Of a stretch of 64,000 bases of DNA, positions 12,911 through 25,700 are shown piece by piece. Source of the stretch: Felis catus (taxonomy: Eukaryota); assembly GCF_018350175.1 (NCBI RefSeq), contig NC_058368.1:140184001-140248000 (forward strand), given 5' to 3'. Position 1 is the first letter of the stretch. Every line of letters begins with the position of its first letter. The notes beneath the pieces were generated by a model that was not told where the DNA came from, made no database searches, and was given only the letters and a program-made list of their open reading frames with translations. The translations under genes were made by a program, and so were the position numbers.

Positions 12911-13709
12911 ACCAGTTGGGGGGACAAAAGGAGAGAGAGAGAGGGAGCGAGCAAGCCCTGGGCAGGATATGGCGCACTGAGTCAATGAACACTGCATTCT
13001 GTTGCTTTGCAGATCACACTTTGTGCCACGAAAACACCTTGGTCTCAAAGCTGCACCTGCATTTAGCCACAGCTCACTGGTTGAAGTGTCAAGGAAGTCT
13101 CTGGTGTCTTCCTTGTACAGGCCACAAGCAAAGGGAACAATGAGTAGAGCACCCCTGGGGGATAAAGCTCTAGGGGTTTTATCATGGCTCAGACTGTGCT
13201 GAAGTAAACAAAGGCAGCTGCTTTTGTAGCTACGCCCTAGGCAAGCTTGCAAAAGGAAATATTTACTAAGTAAGACATGGACAAAGCAGAAAGAGAAAAT
13301 AGGCCATTTCCAGAAATTAAGGGGAGACTAGAGCAAGCCTGGGGGAGTCTGTTTCTTTCTCCTGTTGGCTCTGCCTTTATATTGCATTAAAACTGCAAGT
13401 ATGCTAATCATATTGCCTGACTAGTTTAGAAAAGACAAGCAGACAAATAGACATTCTTCTTGGAGCCTTCCTGCAGCCAGACCTCAGGTTGTGTATCTCA
13501 GCAACAGCCATGAATACCTCTTCTGCAAGAGCGCTGTGCTTCGTGACTCTCCAGCCTGGCTCCTGGCTAGAGAAGCGCACTGCCAGCCTGCATTTCATTG
13601 TCATTTTTTCCTTTCAAAAAAGGAAAAGTGCCAGCCAGCATTATCGCTGCTGGACTGTGAATTATATGTATAAATGACATCTTTTATTCTTCTTTATTTC
13701 AAGTAAACT

Positions 13710-13900
13710 TGCGCTTACTGAGTAGGTACCATGTGCCACGTGTTGTCTTGGATGTTATTTTATTTAATCCTTCAAACAGGGCTTTTATTTTCCATTTCAC
13801 AGATAATGTAATTGATGATTGAAGACCATCAATAACTTGCCTAGCATCACAAAGCTGGCAAGTGGCAAAAAGCAGTATTGGAACCCAGGTGTGCTTTTGG
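13710..13900 (-). mobile_element. MIR
   Basis: ccatgtgcca...ccatttcacagat...aacttgcctagcatcacaaagctggcaagtggca...gaacccagg. Confidence 0.75.
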
Positions 13901-14569
13901 CTTATAATCAAGACCACTGTGTGTCTAATGATTCAGGGCATTTAATATGTCAAGGACACCTGTTTGCTCTTGGGATGTTGTGGAGTTTCTGTTCGTATTT
14001 AAGAATAACCAGGTGTTTATTCCACTGAGATAGTGTGTGCGTTACATGACTCTGTTAGTGTTCTGTCTTTGGATTTAAGTAATTGCCTGATACCAGTGTT
14101 TGGCTCCATAGCCAACTTTGAAATATGCAAGATGTGACTATCTAAGTTATAAATTGCCTGCGTCCACTTCTTTCTCTTCCAATTCCAATGATGGGCAAAC
14201 AGAGGACACGGAAACCAGTCTCATTCTGTAGTAGCTCTGATGCGATACTGAGTGAATGTGGAGAAGAAGGGTGACTGATCACAGGCCCTTATTAAGTGTC
14301 TACTTGGTACATTAGAGGGTTGGCTTTTTCTCTTGATTGCTTTCTATACTGAGGGACTTTTCTTCCAACTGTGCTCCTCCTTCCTCAACCCTGTTCTTAA
14401 AAACACTTAATAAATGCAGTCTTTATTTTAAAGTTGTCCTATTCATTATCAGATGATTATTGTCAGACAAAGATTGGAACAGATGTGAAAAGCAAGGCTA
14501 ATAAGATACAGTAAAAGAAAAGACATTTCCAATGTTTACGTAAATAAGGTTTTATCAAGCTACACTCTC

Positions 14570-15225
14570 TCAGATTTCCTACCTTAAACCCATCCCACTT
14601 AGAGCAAAACCCAAAGTCCTTACTGTGACCTCAAAGCCCCTGATGATCTGCCTGTAGTCACTTCCCTTGTTACCCCTTCCTGATTCTACTCAGTCACCTG
14701 GCCTCCTTGCCATTCTCCACGTGACACCTTTTTCTTGCTGCTTTCTGTGTGTGGAAAGCTCTGAGCCCCTGGGGAGCATGGGGCTTATGCCCTGGCTTTA
14801 ATCAGGCTTCTATTCAAATTCCCTCTGTTTTGAGGTTCTCACCTGGACCACTCCTCTGAGAATAGCAGCCCCTCCTGCACACTGTAACCCTACACTGTCC
14901 AACAGGGTAGCTACTAGCCAGGCGTGGTTATGTAGATTTAAATTTTGCCCTATATTTATTGGACAGCACAGATCTAGAACATTTCCATCATCACAGAGAG
15001 CTCTGTGGGGGAGCGTTGCTCCGGCCTCCTATCCTGCTTTATTTTTATTTGTAGCCCTTACCATTACATGAAATCATGTATTTATTTGTTTAGTTATCTG
15101 TCTTGGCACTAGAAAGAAAGCCCCATACCGTCAGGAACTTTGTGTGTTTTTGTTTAATCTCTTATCTTCAGCTCAAGTATCTGGCATATAGTAGGTGCTT
15201 AATAAATCCTTCTTGAATGGATGAC
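14570..15225 (+). mobile_element. L2 3' region containing a MER3-like DNA transposon (about 14890-15020)
   Basis: L2 end ctggcatatagtaggtgcttaataaatccttcttgaatg; internal ctgtccaa...tattggacagcacagatctagaacatttccatcatcacagagag. Confidence 0.72.
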
Positions 15226-16894
15226 TGGATCTTTGGGGGAACGTTTTTTAATCCCAGAGGAGATAAGGAGAATTGTCGAGGGAGGTCGCTACTTTTCTTC
15301 TGCCCTTCCCAGCTCTCGAGAGCCTTTGTGATAACCCACATGCTTTCGGGAAGGAATTCAGTTCCTGGCTTTGTTTCTCTTCAGGCTCCCTTCACATGAT
15401 TCATACATCCCAGCAAAAGAAGCAGAACTGACCGCACTCACTCTGAGTGGTTATTACCACATCCACAGATGGTCCCTTTCGAATCTGGCAGCCTCTGTTT
15501 AATGCCAGGGGACTCTTCTGCCAGAAGTCTTTGGTCATTTCGTGGAAGAGAGTATCTCACTTTTACTGAAGAGTAGGAATTGTGTGCGACAGTTTTATAG
15601 TGACTATGCCTAATAACGCAGATTGTTTTGATGCTCCTCAGGCATCTGGTTTCCCCAAAGGCTGACATCATCCTGGTGGCTCCTTAGGGACAGGAATCCA
15701 GAACACTGTACTCCTTCTGGGCTCCATTGAAGACACTCTGAGTCTGCTGGCCAGTTCTCCCTCAGTGTTGCTCCTTGTAACACTTGACCTGAGTTAGGCC
15801 CAGTACATAGAAGGGTCTAGAAAGCTGAGCTAGAAGTGTCAGCATGGTTCAGAGACTTCCCTTTCTGAAGCCTCCGTAAATGAACTTGACTCAGCACTTG
15901 CATCACATGTGCTCTACTCCCTGACTGACATTTGGTGAGTTCCTTTCCCACTGAGGCCAATGTTTTACTGTGGGAGAGAGCGCACTTCCTGGCCCACCAA
16001 ACGCATCTGACAGACACTAAACTTCACGGCCAGAGTCTATGTCATGATTCTGAGAAGCTAGTAAACAAATACGCAAAGGAATATAAATTAAAAAAAATTT
16101 TTTCTGTCTTTGTGTGTATGCATCTTGTTCATTAAATAACTGACACAATGAGAAGAAAATGTCTCAACGTCACTGAGTTACATAAAAGAAGACTTGAATA
16201 AATACCAAGGTGTATTTTTGGACAAGATGACCGCTTTAAGGCTTAGTTCTCCTGAAATGAATTTGCAAACGTAGTACAATTCTGGTTAAAATTCTAATGA
16301 AAATTTTCTTAGAAAATGGCTAAGCAATTCTCAAGTCCATTTGGAAGACAAATTAGATGGGATGCAAATAAATATTTGCAAAGGATGAGTCCTGAGAGGC
16401 ACAAGCACTGATAGATATTAAACTTATAACAAAGTGATAAAAATTAAAGTAAAATGGTTTGAGGGCAACAGGAGATAAGCATACCAATGTAGCAGAGTTC
16501 AAAACTGAAGAGAGACGATTATATATAGGAATTTTGTCTCATGAGAGGGGCATTTTAATAAATGTTTCTGAGATATTTGTTTATTCATTTGAAAAAATCC
16601 CTTCCTTGTACAAGATGGCAAAATAAATTCAAGAACTAAACATTGAACAATGAAACTAGTATTAGAATGAGAACAAATATAGATGAATATTTTGGAACTT
16701 CAGGAGGGCCTGAATAAACTACTCACGGCAGGAAACATGAAAGAAGAACATTTTGAACAGACTGTAAAAATAGTCAATAACTTTTCATGGCAAAAACACC
16801 ATAAATGAGGCCATCTGAGAAAAGTATTTACAACCTGTATGACAAAGGAGTTTATATATAAACCATTTTTAAAATTCAATAAGAAAAAGATCTT

Positions 16895-17086
16895 AGGGCA
16901 CCTGGGTGGCTCAGTCAGTTAAGCATCTGACTTTGGCTCGGGTCATGATCTCGCAGTTCGTGGGTTCGGGCCCCGCATCGGGCTCTGTGCCCACAGCTCA
17001 GAGCCTGGAGCCTGCTTTGGATTCTGTGTCTCCCTCTCTGTCTCTGTCTCTCAAAAATAAATAAACGTTAAAAAAAATTTTTTTTT
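16895..17086 (+). mobile_element. CanSINE (SINEC_Fc-type)
   Basis: gggcacctgggtggctcagtc...cagctcagagcctggagcctgc; flanks aaaagatctt/aaatgatctt. Confidence 0.93.
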
Positions 17087-17095
17087 AAATGATCT

Positions 17096-17496
17096 TGTAT
17101 TCCTTTCTTGTGGCTGCTTAACAAATTACCACACTGGGTGGCTTAAAACACAGAAACTTATTTTCTCACAGTTCAAGATGTTACAGGGTGGCACTCTCTA
17201 CAAAGGGGAGGATCCCTCCTTGCCACTCCCAGGTTCTGGTAGTTTCAGTGTTCCTTGGCTTGTGACCGCATAGTCTCGGCCTCTATTTTCTCATGGCTTT
17301 ACCTCTGCGTCCGAGTCTTTTCTGTGTCTTATTAGGAAACTTACCATTGGATTTAGGGCCCACCTAGATAATCCAACTTGATCTCCTTTTAAGATCCTCA
17401 ATTTAGTTATTCTTGTTTCCAAAAAGCTCACATTCATAGGTTTTGGGAGTTAGGACACGGTCATATCTTTTGGGGGGCTACATTAAAACCACTGCA
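17096..17496 (-). mobile_element. MLT1 MaLR solo LTR
   Basis: acaaattaccacactgggtggcttaaaacacagaaacttattttctcacagttc; ggatttagggcccaccta; TG...CA ends. Confidence 0.87.
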
Positions 17497-18489
17497 AACC
17501 TCAATACAAAAATGGGCAAAATATAAAAGATTTCGCAAGGAAAGAGATATTCAATTTCACAGGTAATCACATGCAACTTAAAATGATAAAACATTTTTCT
17601 GTAATTTGGCAGAAATCTCAACTAATTTGCAGTATAGGTGAGAACACAAGGAAGTCAGGGCTCTCCTACATGCTTCTGGAAGTTATAAATTGCCACAGTC
17701 TTTATGAAGGACAATGTGATATTATATATAAAAATCATCCAATCTAGGTTCCTCCTTTGACCTCTCAAATTCTCAGTAAGATCTACCACAAGGCTGGGCA
17801 TCACCACATTATTAATAATACTCAAATAGTAGAAATAACCTGGATGCCCAATGATAGGAGACAGGTTAAATGAATTATGGTATATAATAAATAAAAATGG
17901 TACTAGAATATTTAAAACTGTGACAAAATTTAAATATAAAATGTATGATTAAATCATATCACGAAAGTGCCAACATCTGGGTCACGATGGTGGATTATGC
18001 ATACACCAAACCCTGTTTCACATACGTGGATGATATATCATTATTATTTTAATAATAAATGGCTGACCTCAAAAGAAAAGAATTGTCAGGTCCCAGAAAT
18101 GGAAAGGGCAGACTTAGTGTATAGGAGATGGCACTGTGCCTTCCAGGTTGTGACCAGGACATGGCCAGCAAGTAATCTGGGATCCAGGAGCACACTGCCC
18201 ATCTCTGCCTGGAAGGGAAGACAGTCCACACCTGCCTGCCACAGACAAGGCTAGGAAAATGTCACCCACCTGAGATGGAAACCCTGAGCTCATCGGCATC
18301 TGCAAATATGGAAATCCAGGACTGAGCTACCGATAAAAAAAGTAGTTCAGACTTTTGGGAACCATTTGGGACTCAAGCAGGGGCAAACTCAAAACTCTAT
18401 TGGAAAAAATTAAGTAAACCCCAAAGGAAAATCTGTATAAATCCAGGTTCAAGCAGGAGATGATTCCTTTAGAACTATAATTCTGAATT

Positions 18490-18825
18490 TTTGGTCTGGC
18501 CTCATTAACCACTTTTCACTCTTAAAAATTGTTAAGAACAAAAGAATTTTCATTTTTGTTGGTTATACCTATCGATATTTACCATATTAGAAACTAAATC
18601 TGAGGAACTTATAAGACACAAGAATCTCCAAGTACACATTTCATTAACCATTAGAACAATGATGTTACCACATATGTAGCCTCTGGAAAATGCGATTATA
18701 AAGTCATGAAAAAATGAGAGTGGAAACATCAAATAACATTATGAAAATTATTTTGACCTCAGATTCCTTGACTGGTCTTGGGGGTTTCCTGGGGAACCCC
18801 AGACCACTCTCTGAGAACCACTGCT
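18490..18825. mobile_element. hAT-Charlie type DNA transposon remnant (MER119/Charlie7-like)
   Basis: ggttatacctatcgatatttaccatattagaaactaaa and terminal gaccactctctgagaaccactg. Confidence 0.6.
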
Positions 18826-20816
18826 AAAGAAGATATGCTCATAGCCAAGGATTACTAAACCTATAATGAAAGCCTGTACTACTTGAGATAGTCTACTACT
18901 CCAGTGAATGGGAAAATTCATACCTGAAGACTTAGAGATAAGAGAGTAATCTGAGAAGGGCTTCAAATTCAAATGTACAGTATGATCTAAAGTAATCATA
19001 TGCAGAAGCATCTGCATAGCTTAAAGATTGGAATTAGAATTGCTAATCGCTAAGAGTAGGGATCTCTGGGTGGTAGAAATACATATGGTTTTTATTTTAT
19101 TCTTTGTGACTTCTGAATTTTCCAATTATTTCTTAAACATGTTTTAGTTTTGTAATCAGAAAGAATATTTCTGTACATACTAAATTGAATTTAGATATTT
19201 GTTCATTAGAATAATGCTCACTTTGACTCACTTGAGAATATTCTTCTATCAGGAGGTCTAGGACCTTCAAAAACCTTCATGGATGTAAATAGTTCTGTTA
19301 TTTGAATAAGGCCTTTACACTTTATTAACGTGTAGTTTGTAGAAATTTCAACAACTACCGAGGCCAGTTTAACCTGGTTTAGGAGAATTGTTCTTCACAG
19401 AGCAAATTAATTTGTCAAAATTGCATAAAAAAAGAATGCTAATATACTTAAAATCAAAATTTCCAGGCTCTTTGAATGACTTATTACTTAAAAATATGCA
19501 GATATGTTAAATACTCTATTTTTATAGCAAATGTGTCACAAGATTATATTTTGTAAGCTTAATTTCAGTTTTTGATCGACTTGAAAGAAATAATGTAGAC
19601 TTTCTGCCTTGATTCCTGCTTCTCTCACTTGATTCTAATTAGTGAGTTTTATGGTATTGCTTAATAGACATGTTAGAATTTGAAAGGATGTTGCATTTAT
19701 TTTAATACAGGACTGCCCGTCGGTGTCATGTTGAGAGTGGGGACATTCTGTTAGGAAAGCTTGGGAATTGGTTAGATAACACAGTTAAACAGGGTCTTTA
19801 TAAAAAGCTTGAACTATGATCCTTCCCTGCCCAGGGAAAGACCTATTCAATATGAGACAGAAACTTCCCAAATTTATATGACAATAGAACTTTTTCCACT
19901 CAGCACATATTGCCGATTGCACTTTGGGGAAACGTTGATCCAGACAAGTCCCTCATGAAGAAAGGGGCTTATTGGAGGGTTGGCCCCCCTATGGTGCTTG
20001 TGTCCTCTTTTAATAACACTGCTTTATAGCATTTTATTTTACAAAGTTCCTATTTTCAGGGAGCTTATATTCCAATAGGGAAGACCATCACATTCTTGGA
20101 TAACCATAATGAAAGATATGATTGAATGCCCAAAGGGAACCAGCTGGGCTTAACTGAGCAGGCGTGATTAGATTAAGTAATAATAAAAAGAAATCACTTG
20201 AAGAATGGGACTTTACACGTATTTACACAGAAGTTTAAAGGTTCTGAGGACAAGCAGCATCCTTAAACTATAAAAGTGTGATTTCAAAGATTTGGATAGG
20301 CTGGGATGATGGGTCAGTGTGTATTTCTTTATCTCAGATGTCTTCTCCTCCCTCCCAAAAACTTCTTTTCAGAATGCTGTCTCCCGGTAGGTATGCATTT
20401 CTGCATTTTAACTCTGTTCACCTTCAAATAGTATGTCTATTGCATAAGGTTAGGCTATAATGAAGTAGCAGTGTGGACATTCTTACATAATACTTAGAGT
20501 TCCTACAAGGCTATGCCTATTGTCTCATCTTTCTGCTGTCTCCAGACCACCAAAGTCTAGGGCTCAGATATGTTGACCTCTTTTTGTTGACAGTGTAAGG
20601 TCTGGAGGTTTCAAACTTTTGTTGAGTAAACATTTCAAACAAAGTTTCAATCAATGTTTTCTGCCAGAATAAGAGAATAAGCATATTCATAATCTAGATG
20701 GTGTACCACACCATCTCTCTTGGACTATGTTCTTTTAATAATCACCAGAGCGTTTTATTCAATGTAAATTATACCTCAATAAAATTGATCGTAAGCTTTT
20801 TTAAAAAGCCATTATC

Positions 20817-21038
20817 AGGGCACCTGGGTGGCTCGTTCGGTTAAGTGTCTGACTTCGGCTCAGGTCATGATCTCACAGTTCATGAGTTTGAGCCTCACAT
20901 CAAGCTTTGTGCTGACAGCTCAGAACCTGGAACCTGCATCAGATTCTGTATCTCTCTCTCTCTCTGCCCCTCCTCTGTTAACACGCTGTCTCTCTCTCTC
21001 TCTCTCAAAAATAAATAAAAGCATTAAAAAATTTTTTT
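20817..21038 (+). mobile_element. CanSINE (SINEC_Fc-type)
   Basis: Typical head, body and CT tract; flanks aagccattatc/aagtcattatc. Confidence 0.93.
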
Positions 21039-21052
21039 AAGTCATTATCTTT

Positions 21053-21541
21053 ATTTTTTATGTACAACTTTTTTATTATAATAAAGTAAAATATATTGTG
21101 TATAAAATATACATTTTAACCATTTTTAAATTATTTTCTTATTTTTAAATTTACATCCAAGTTAGTTAGCATGTAGGGCAATAATGATTTCAAGAGTAGA
21201 TTCTAGTGATTCATCCCCTATGTATAAAACCCAGTGCTCATCCCCAAAAATGTCCTCCTTAATGCCCCTCACCCATTTAGCCCATCCCCCACTCCCACTC
21301 CTCCAGCAGTTTGTTCTCCATTTTTAAGAATCTCTGTTTTGTCCCCCTCCCTATTTTTATATTATTTTTGCTTCCCTCCCCTATGATCATTTGTTTTGTA
21401 TCTTAAATTCCACATATAAGTGAAGTCATATATTTGTCTTTCTCTGACTGACTTATTTCGCTTAGCATAATACCCTCTTAGTTCCATCCACATAGTTGCA
21501 AATGGCAAGATTTCATTCTTTTTGACTGCTGAGTAATACTC

Positions 21542-21592
<51 letters not shown>

Positions 21593-22630
21593 CCACAACT
21601 TCTTTATCCATTCATCTGCCAATGGACATTTGGGCTCTTTCCATTCTTTGACTATTGTCGATAGCACTGCTATAAACATTGGGGTACATGTGCCCCTTCG
21701 AACCAGCACACCTGTATACCTCGTGTAAATACCTAGTAGTGCAATTGCTGGCTCATAGGGTAGTTCTATTTTTAACTTTATGAGGAACCTCCATACAGTT
21801 TTCTAGAGTGGCTGCACCAGTTTGCATTCCCACCAGCAGTGCAAAAGAGATCCTCTTTCTCTGCATCCTCGCCAGCATCTGTTGTTGCCTGAGTTGTTAA
21901 TGTTAGCCATTCTGACAGGTGTGAGGTGGTATCTCAGTGTGATTTTGATTTCTATTTCCCTGATGATGACTGATATTGAACATTTTTTCATGTGTCTGTT
22001 AACCATCTGGACGCCTTCTTTGAAAAAGTGTCTATTCATGTCTTTTGCCCATTTCTTCACTGGATTATTTGGTTTTTTTTTTGGCTGTTGAGTTTGATAA
22101 GTTCTTTATGGATTTTGGATACTAACGTTTTATCTTCTTTATCATTTGCAAATATCTTCTCCCATTCCCTCGGTTGCCTTTTAGTTTTGCTGATTGTTTC
22201 CTTCACTGTGCAGAAGGTTTTTATCTTGATGAGGTCCCAATAGTTCATTTTTGCTTTTGTTTCCCTTGCCTCTGGGGACGTGTTGAGTAAGAAGTTGCTG
22301 CAGCCGAGGTCACAGTGGTTTTGGCCTGCTTTCTCCCCTAGGATTTTGATGGCTTCCTGTCTTACGTTTAGGTCTTTCATCCATTTTGAATTTATTTTTG
22401 TGTATGGTGTAAGAACGTGGTCCAGTTTCATTTTTCTGCATGTTGCTGTCCAGTTTTCCCAGCACCATTTGCTGAAGAGACTGTCTTTAGTGTATTGGAT
22501 GTTCTTTCCTGCTTTGTCAAAGATCAGTTGGCCATACGTTTGTGGGTCCATTTCTGGGTTCTCTATTCTGTTTCATTGATCTAAGTGTCTGTTTTTGTTC
22601 CAGTACCATACTGTCTTGATGATTACAGCT
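21053..22630 (-). mobile_element. 5'-truncated carnivore L1 (about 1.6 kb; ORF2 C-terminus and 3' UTR)
   Basis: ORFs 22057-22551 (QLIFDKAGKNIQ...KWCWENW) and 21803-22060 ([12 protein letters not shown]) are L1 ORF2; flanks aagtcattatcttt/aagccactatcttt. Confidence 0.95.
21545..21589. repeat. (TG)n within L1
   Basis: About 22 units. Confidence 0.97.
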
Positions 22631-23594
22631 AAAAAGCCACTATCTTTCGATGTGTGAAACAACCTTAAGAAAGAGGTATCTAGTTGCAACATGGGTGGTG
22701 AATACTACATGTTGCCTTTCTTTCTGATGTTGATCATAAACTAAAATGTATATTAGTTTGGACTAATGCGTTACACAGTCTCTCAAAATATTTCTGGACT
22801 TGTTGCAAATGTTAATGTTCACATCATTGTCTTTTTATTTTAATGAAGCTATTTTTTGGCATTACTATAATGTCATCACATATAATTAGTTTTATGTTCT
22901 ATCTCATAAGAGATGGAAAGTGATAAGACTCTCATTGGGGTGGCTGGTGTGCTTTGTTACAGTCTTGACCAAGATGATATAGCACTGAATTAAGGTGAAG
23001 TTCCCCACTTTTCAACTTCCATTCAGGTACGGGGATTTCCACCGCTCATCAGGAGAGACAGATATGGGGAAAACACTTGAAGCTTCTCTTTTTGCTACCC
23101 ATGCACATACCCTTACTTGTCCCCAGGAAAGAAGGAGCAACTTCTCTGGCAAATTGGGTGAAAGATCTTGGCCTGCTGGCCTCAGCCCCATGGAGGTGCT
23201 TATCCAGGTCTGCTAATCCTGTGGCCTGGAAAACTCACTGGACAGCCTTCCCTCCTGGAAGGAACCCTGTGTGGTCCAGAATCCTAGGACTGGGAAGAAG
23301 GTGTGGCATCGGAGATGAAGTGTGTGCATGATTTTCCATCAGCTGGCAACTGCTCACCATTTACCTTCTCTTGTTGAATGTCTCCATTAGGTCCAAACTT
23401 AGGAGGGAAAGATGGCTGTTAGATAATGAGTCCCTTCTCCCAATCCCAACAGGCTGGAATTCTGCAAGTACTTTGAAGGGTTTCTACCTACCCAGGCAAT
23501 GGGAGGTGGGTCTGTCTTCTGCCCCAATTTGGTGGAAACTCTGTTTCCCTCACGGACTTCCGTTTCTACTAAGAACTGGTAGATGTAGTATAGG

Positions 23595-23780
23595 TGGTTG
23601 AGCTCTGGAGTAAGTTCTTGTAAGTGTGAATTCTTACTGGGCAGATTTCAGTTTTCCCATCTGTAAAATGGAGATTTAAAAAGCGTATGGTTATTGTGAA
23701 GATTCTCGTTGTGTGATAATTCCTCTGAAGTACTTATCACAGGGCCAACATAAGAATGGGTGAGCTATTATTATTGCTGT
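23595..23780 (+). mobile_element. MIR
   Basis: tcagttttcccatctgtaaaatggagat...ggttattgtgaagatt. Confidence 0.65.
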
Positions 23781-24282
23781 CATTACTGTGTGCGTGCACA
23801 ATGGCTTCAAAGCTGCATAAATACAGTTATTATAATGATGGACTCTCCCAGCATCCAGAAGATTCCAGAATTTTTTGGTGAGGAGGAGCTATCCCCGATC
23901 TTTTGATGATGGTGGCGATGAAGGGTACAGCAGAAGGAAGGACTGGAAGTTTGGGGACAGTGTGGTGAAACTGAGATAAACATCTATGTGTGTGTTGGGG
24001 AGAGTTGTGCATGATGGGAACATGTGTAGGATGGTTTTGATATAATATGTGGTGTTACCGAATATATGCTGTTTGGCATGAACCATCAAAGAAAAAAAAA
24101 AGAACTGAAACTCTGTTTTGCCAGAATAACTTCCATTTATGTGTATAAATTATTATTTGTGCAAAGTGATTGCCACACAAAGAAATAGAGCTGATTTGTG
24201 CATGTCATTTCATATATCAGATAAACGGTGCTGTAAATATTATTCGGTTGTAACAGCCACTTCTATAAATACAGTTGTTAAT

Positions 24283-24502
24283 GGGGCACCTGGGTGGCTC
24301 AGTCGGTTGAGCGTGCGACTTCAGCCCAGGTCATGATCTCGCAGTCCGTGGGTTCGAGCCCCGCATCGGGCTCTGTGCTGACCACTCAGAGCCTGGAGCC
24401 TGTTTCAGATTCTGTGTCTCCCTCTCTCTCTGACCCTCCCCTGTTCATGCTCTGTCTCTCTCTGTCTCAAAAATAAATAAACATTAAAAAAAATAAAAAA
24501 AA
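24283..24502 (+). mobile_element. CanSINE (SINEC_Fc, young)
   Basis: Near-consensus with CpGs retained; perfect TSD ataaatacagttgttaat (24265-24282 / 24503-24520). Confidence 0.97.
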
Positions 24503-24599
24503 ATAAATACAGTTGTTAATCAGCTGTGGGTCCTACCCCTTAGCGTGATAAGCAGGGCATCTAAACACGTAGCTATTAAAAACTTATTATAGGAGATAC

Positions 24600-24991
24600 T
24601 GTTAGTGCTCTGCCCAGATACTCTTGGATCCCCTTCATTTTCTCCGCTCTCCTCCTCTGGCTCCATTCTTTGCTTCCACCAGCCACACCTGCACCTTGTC
24701 AGGGGACTGTGCATGGGTCTCTGGAACTGCCTTGCCTTTTGGTACAGAAAGCTGGAAGTGCCTCTAGTCCATCCTCACCCCAGGTGGCCCTTGGCCAACA
24801 ACAGATGGGAGTGGGAGCGTGAAAGGCCAGCACCTTTGCCTTGAGTGGGAATAATTCTGGGGGGAGACTGTGGCTTGCTCCCCAGGATACTGCCTAAAGC
24901 CACAGTCCTCCCTCAGTCGTCCTCTTAATAAATGATTCGCACCTGATTCCTTATCACAGGTTCTGTTTCTGGGGAACCTGAATTAAAATCA
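24600..24991. mobile_element. LTR16-like ERVL solo LTR
   Basis: tgttagtgctctgcccagat...ttgagtgggaataattctgg...ttaataaatgattcgcac...ctgtttctggggaacc. Confidence 0.68.
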
Positions 24992-25484
24992 CTTAATGTA
25001 CGTCAACTTTTCTCCTGGGCATGGTGTAGATGTCAGCTTATTAATCCTCACAACACTGTACGGCAGTTATTATTACGCTTACTTCGTGGAGAAGCACGCT
25101 GACTTGAATTAAAGAGTACTGGCAGCTGCACGTCACTGGAGGTGGTTGGAGGTTCGTTGCTTTGCCTTCTTTCCTGCCCTTCTGGCCCCTGGCGTCTTAT
25201 TTAGCATGACTGCTGTGTTATCTTTTGAAGTACAGCCACCATGTTGGGATGGTTTATCTGAACAAACAAGACTGTATTTGGGAATTATCTACATAAAGCC
25301 CATCACTGATGCAGATATCACAATAATTCTCCTTGGTTCAGAACCCAAAGGATGATTTAGCCAAGAGACATAAAATAAGTTTTGTGTAGGGAAAACAAGT
25401 TATCAGAACGACCAGGAAGAATGCTACTGCATTGACTAAGACCTCAGCAAGAGCACTGGGTGAATCAGATAGGGGGTGAGGGGC

Positions 25485-25700
25485 AAGCCTCTGGGGTCAG
25501 GTTCATCTGGGCTGGAGTCCCAGCGTCTCTTCTGACAAGCTTTGTGATCTTGGGCTACTTATGTAATCTCATCCTTAATCTTCTCACCTGTAAAATGGAG
25601 ACTGCAAGATCTATTTTGGAGGATTGAAATAAGGATTAAATAAAAGAATAAAAGAACATATATAAAGTTCTTAGCATAATGCCTGGCATAGAGTATGCTC
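25485..25700 (+). mobile_element. MIR
   Basis: gtgatcttgggctactt...ctcacctgtaaaatggaga...aggattaaat...gcctggcatagagt. Confidence 0.8.

Larger units (their letters stand above)
16150..17950 (+). mobile_element. Highly diverged old L1 (L1ME-like) ORF2 3' region, interrupted by a SINE and an MLT1
   Basis: A-rich decayed ORF2 motifs such as aaaagaagacttgaataaat, gcaattctcaagtccatttggaaga, aaaaatgggcaaa. Confidence 0.6.

Noticed and set aside
22057..22551. 164-aa ORF as a host gene
   Set aside because: L1 ORF2 C-terminal fragment in a 5'-truncated copy.
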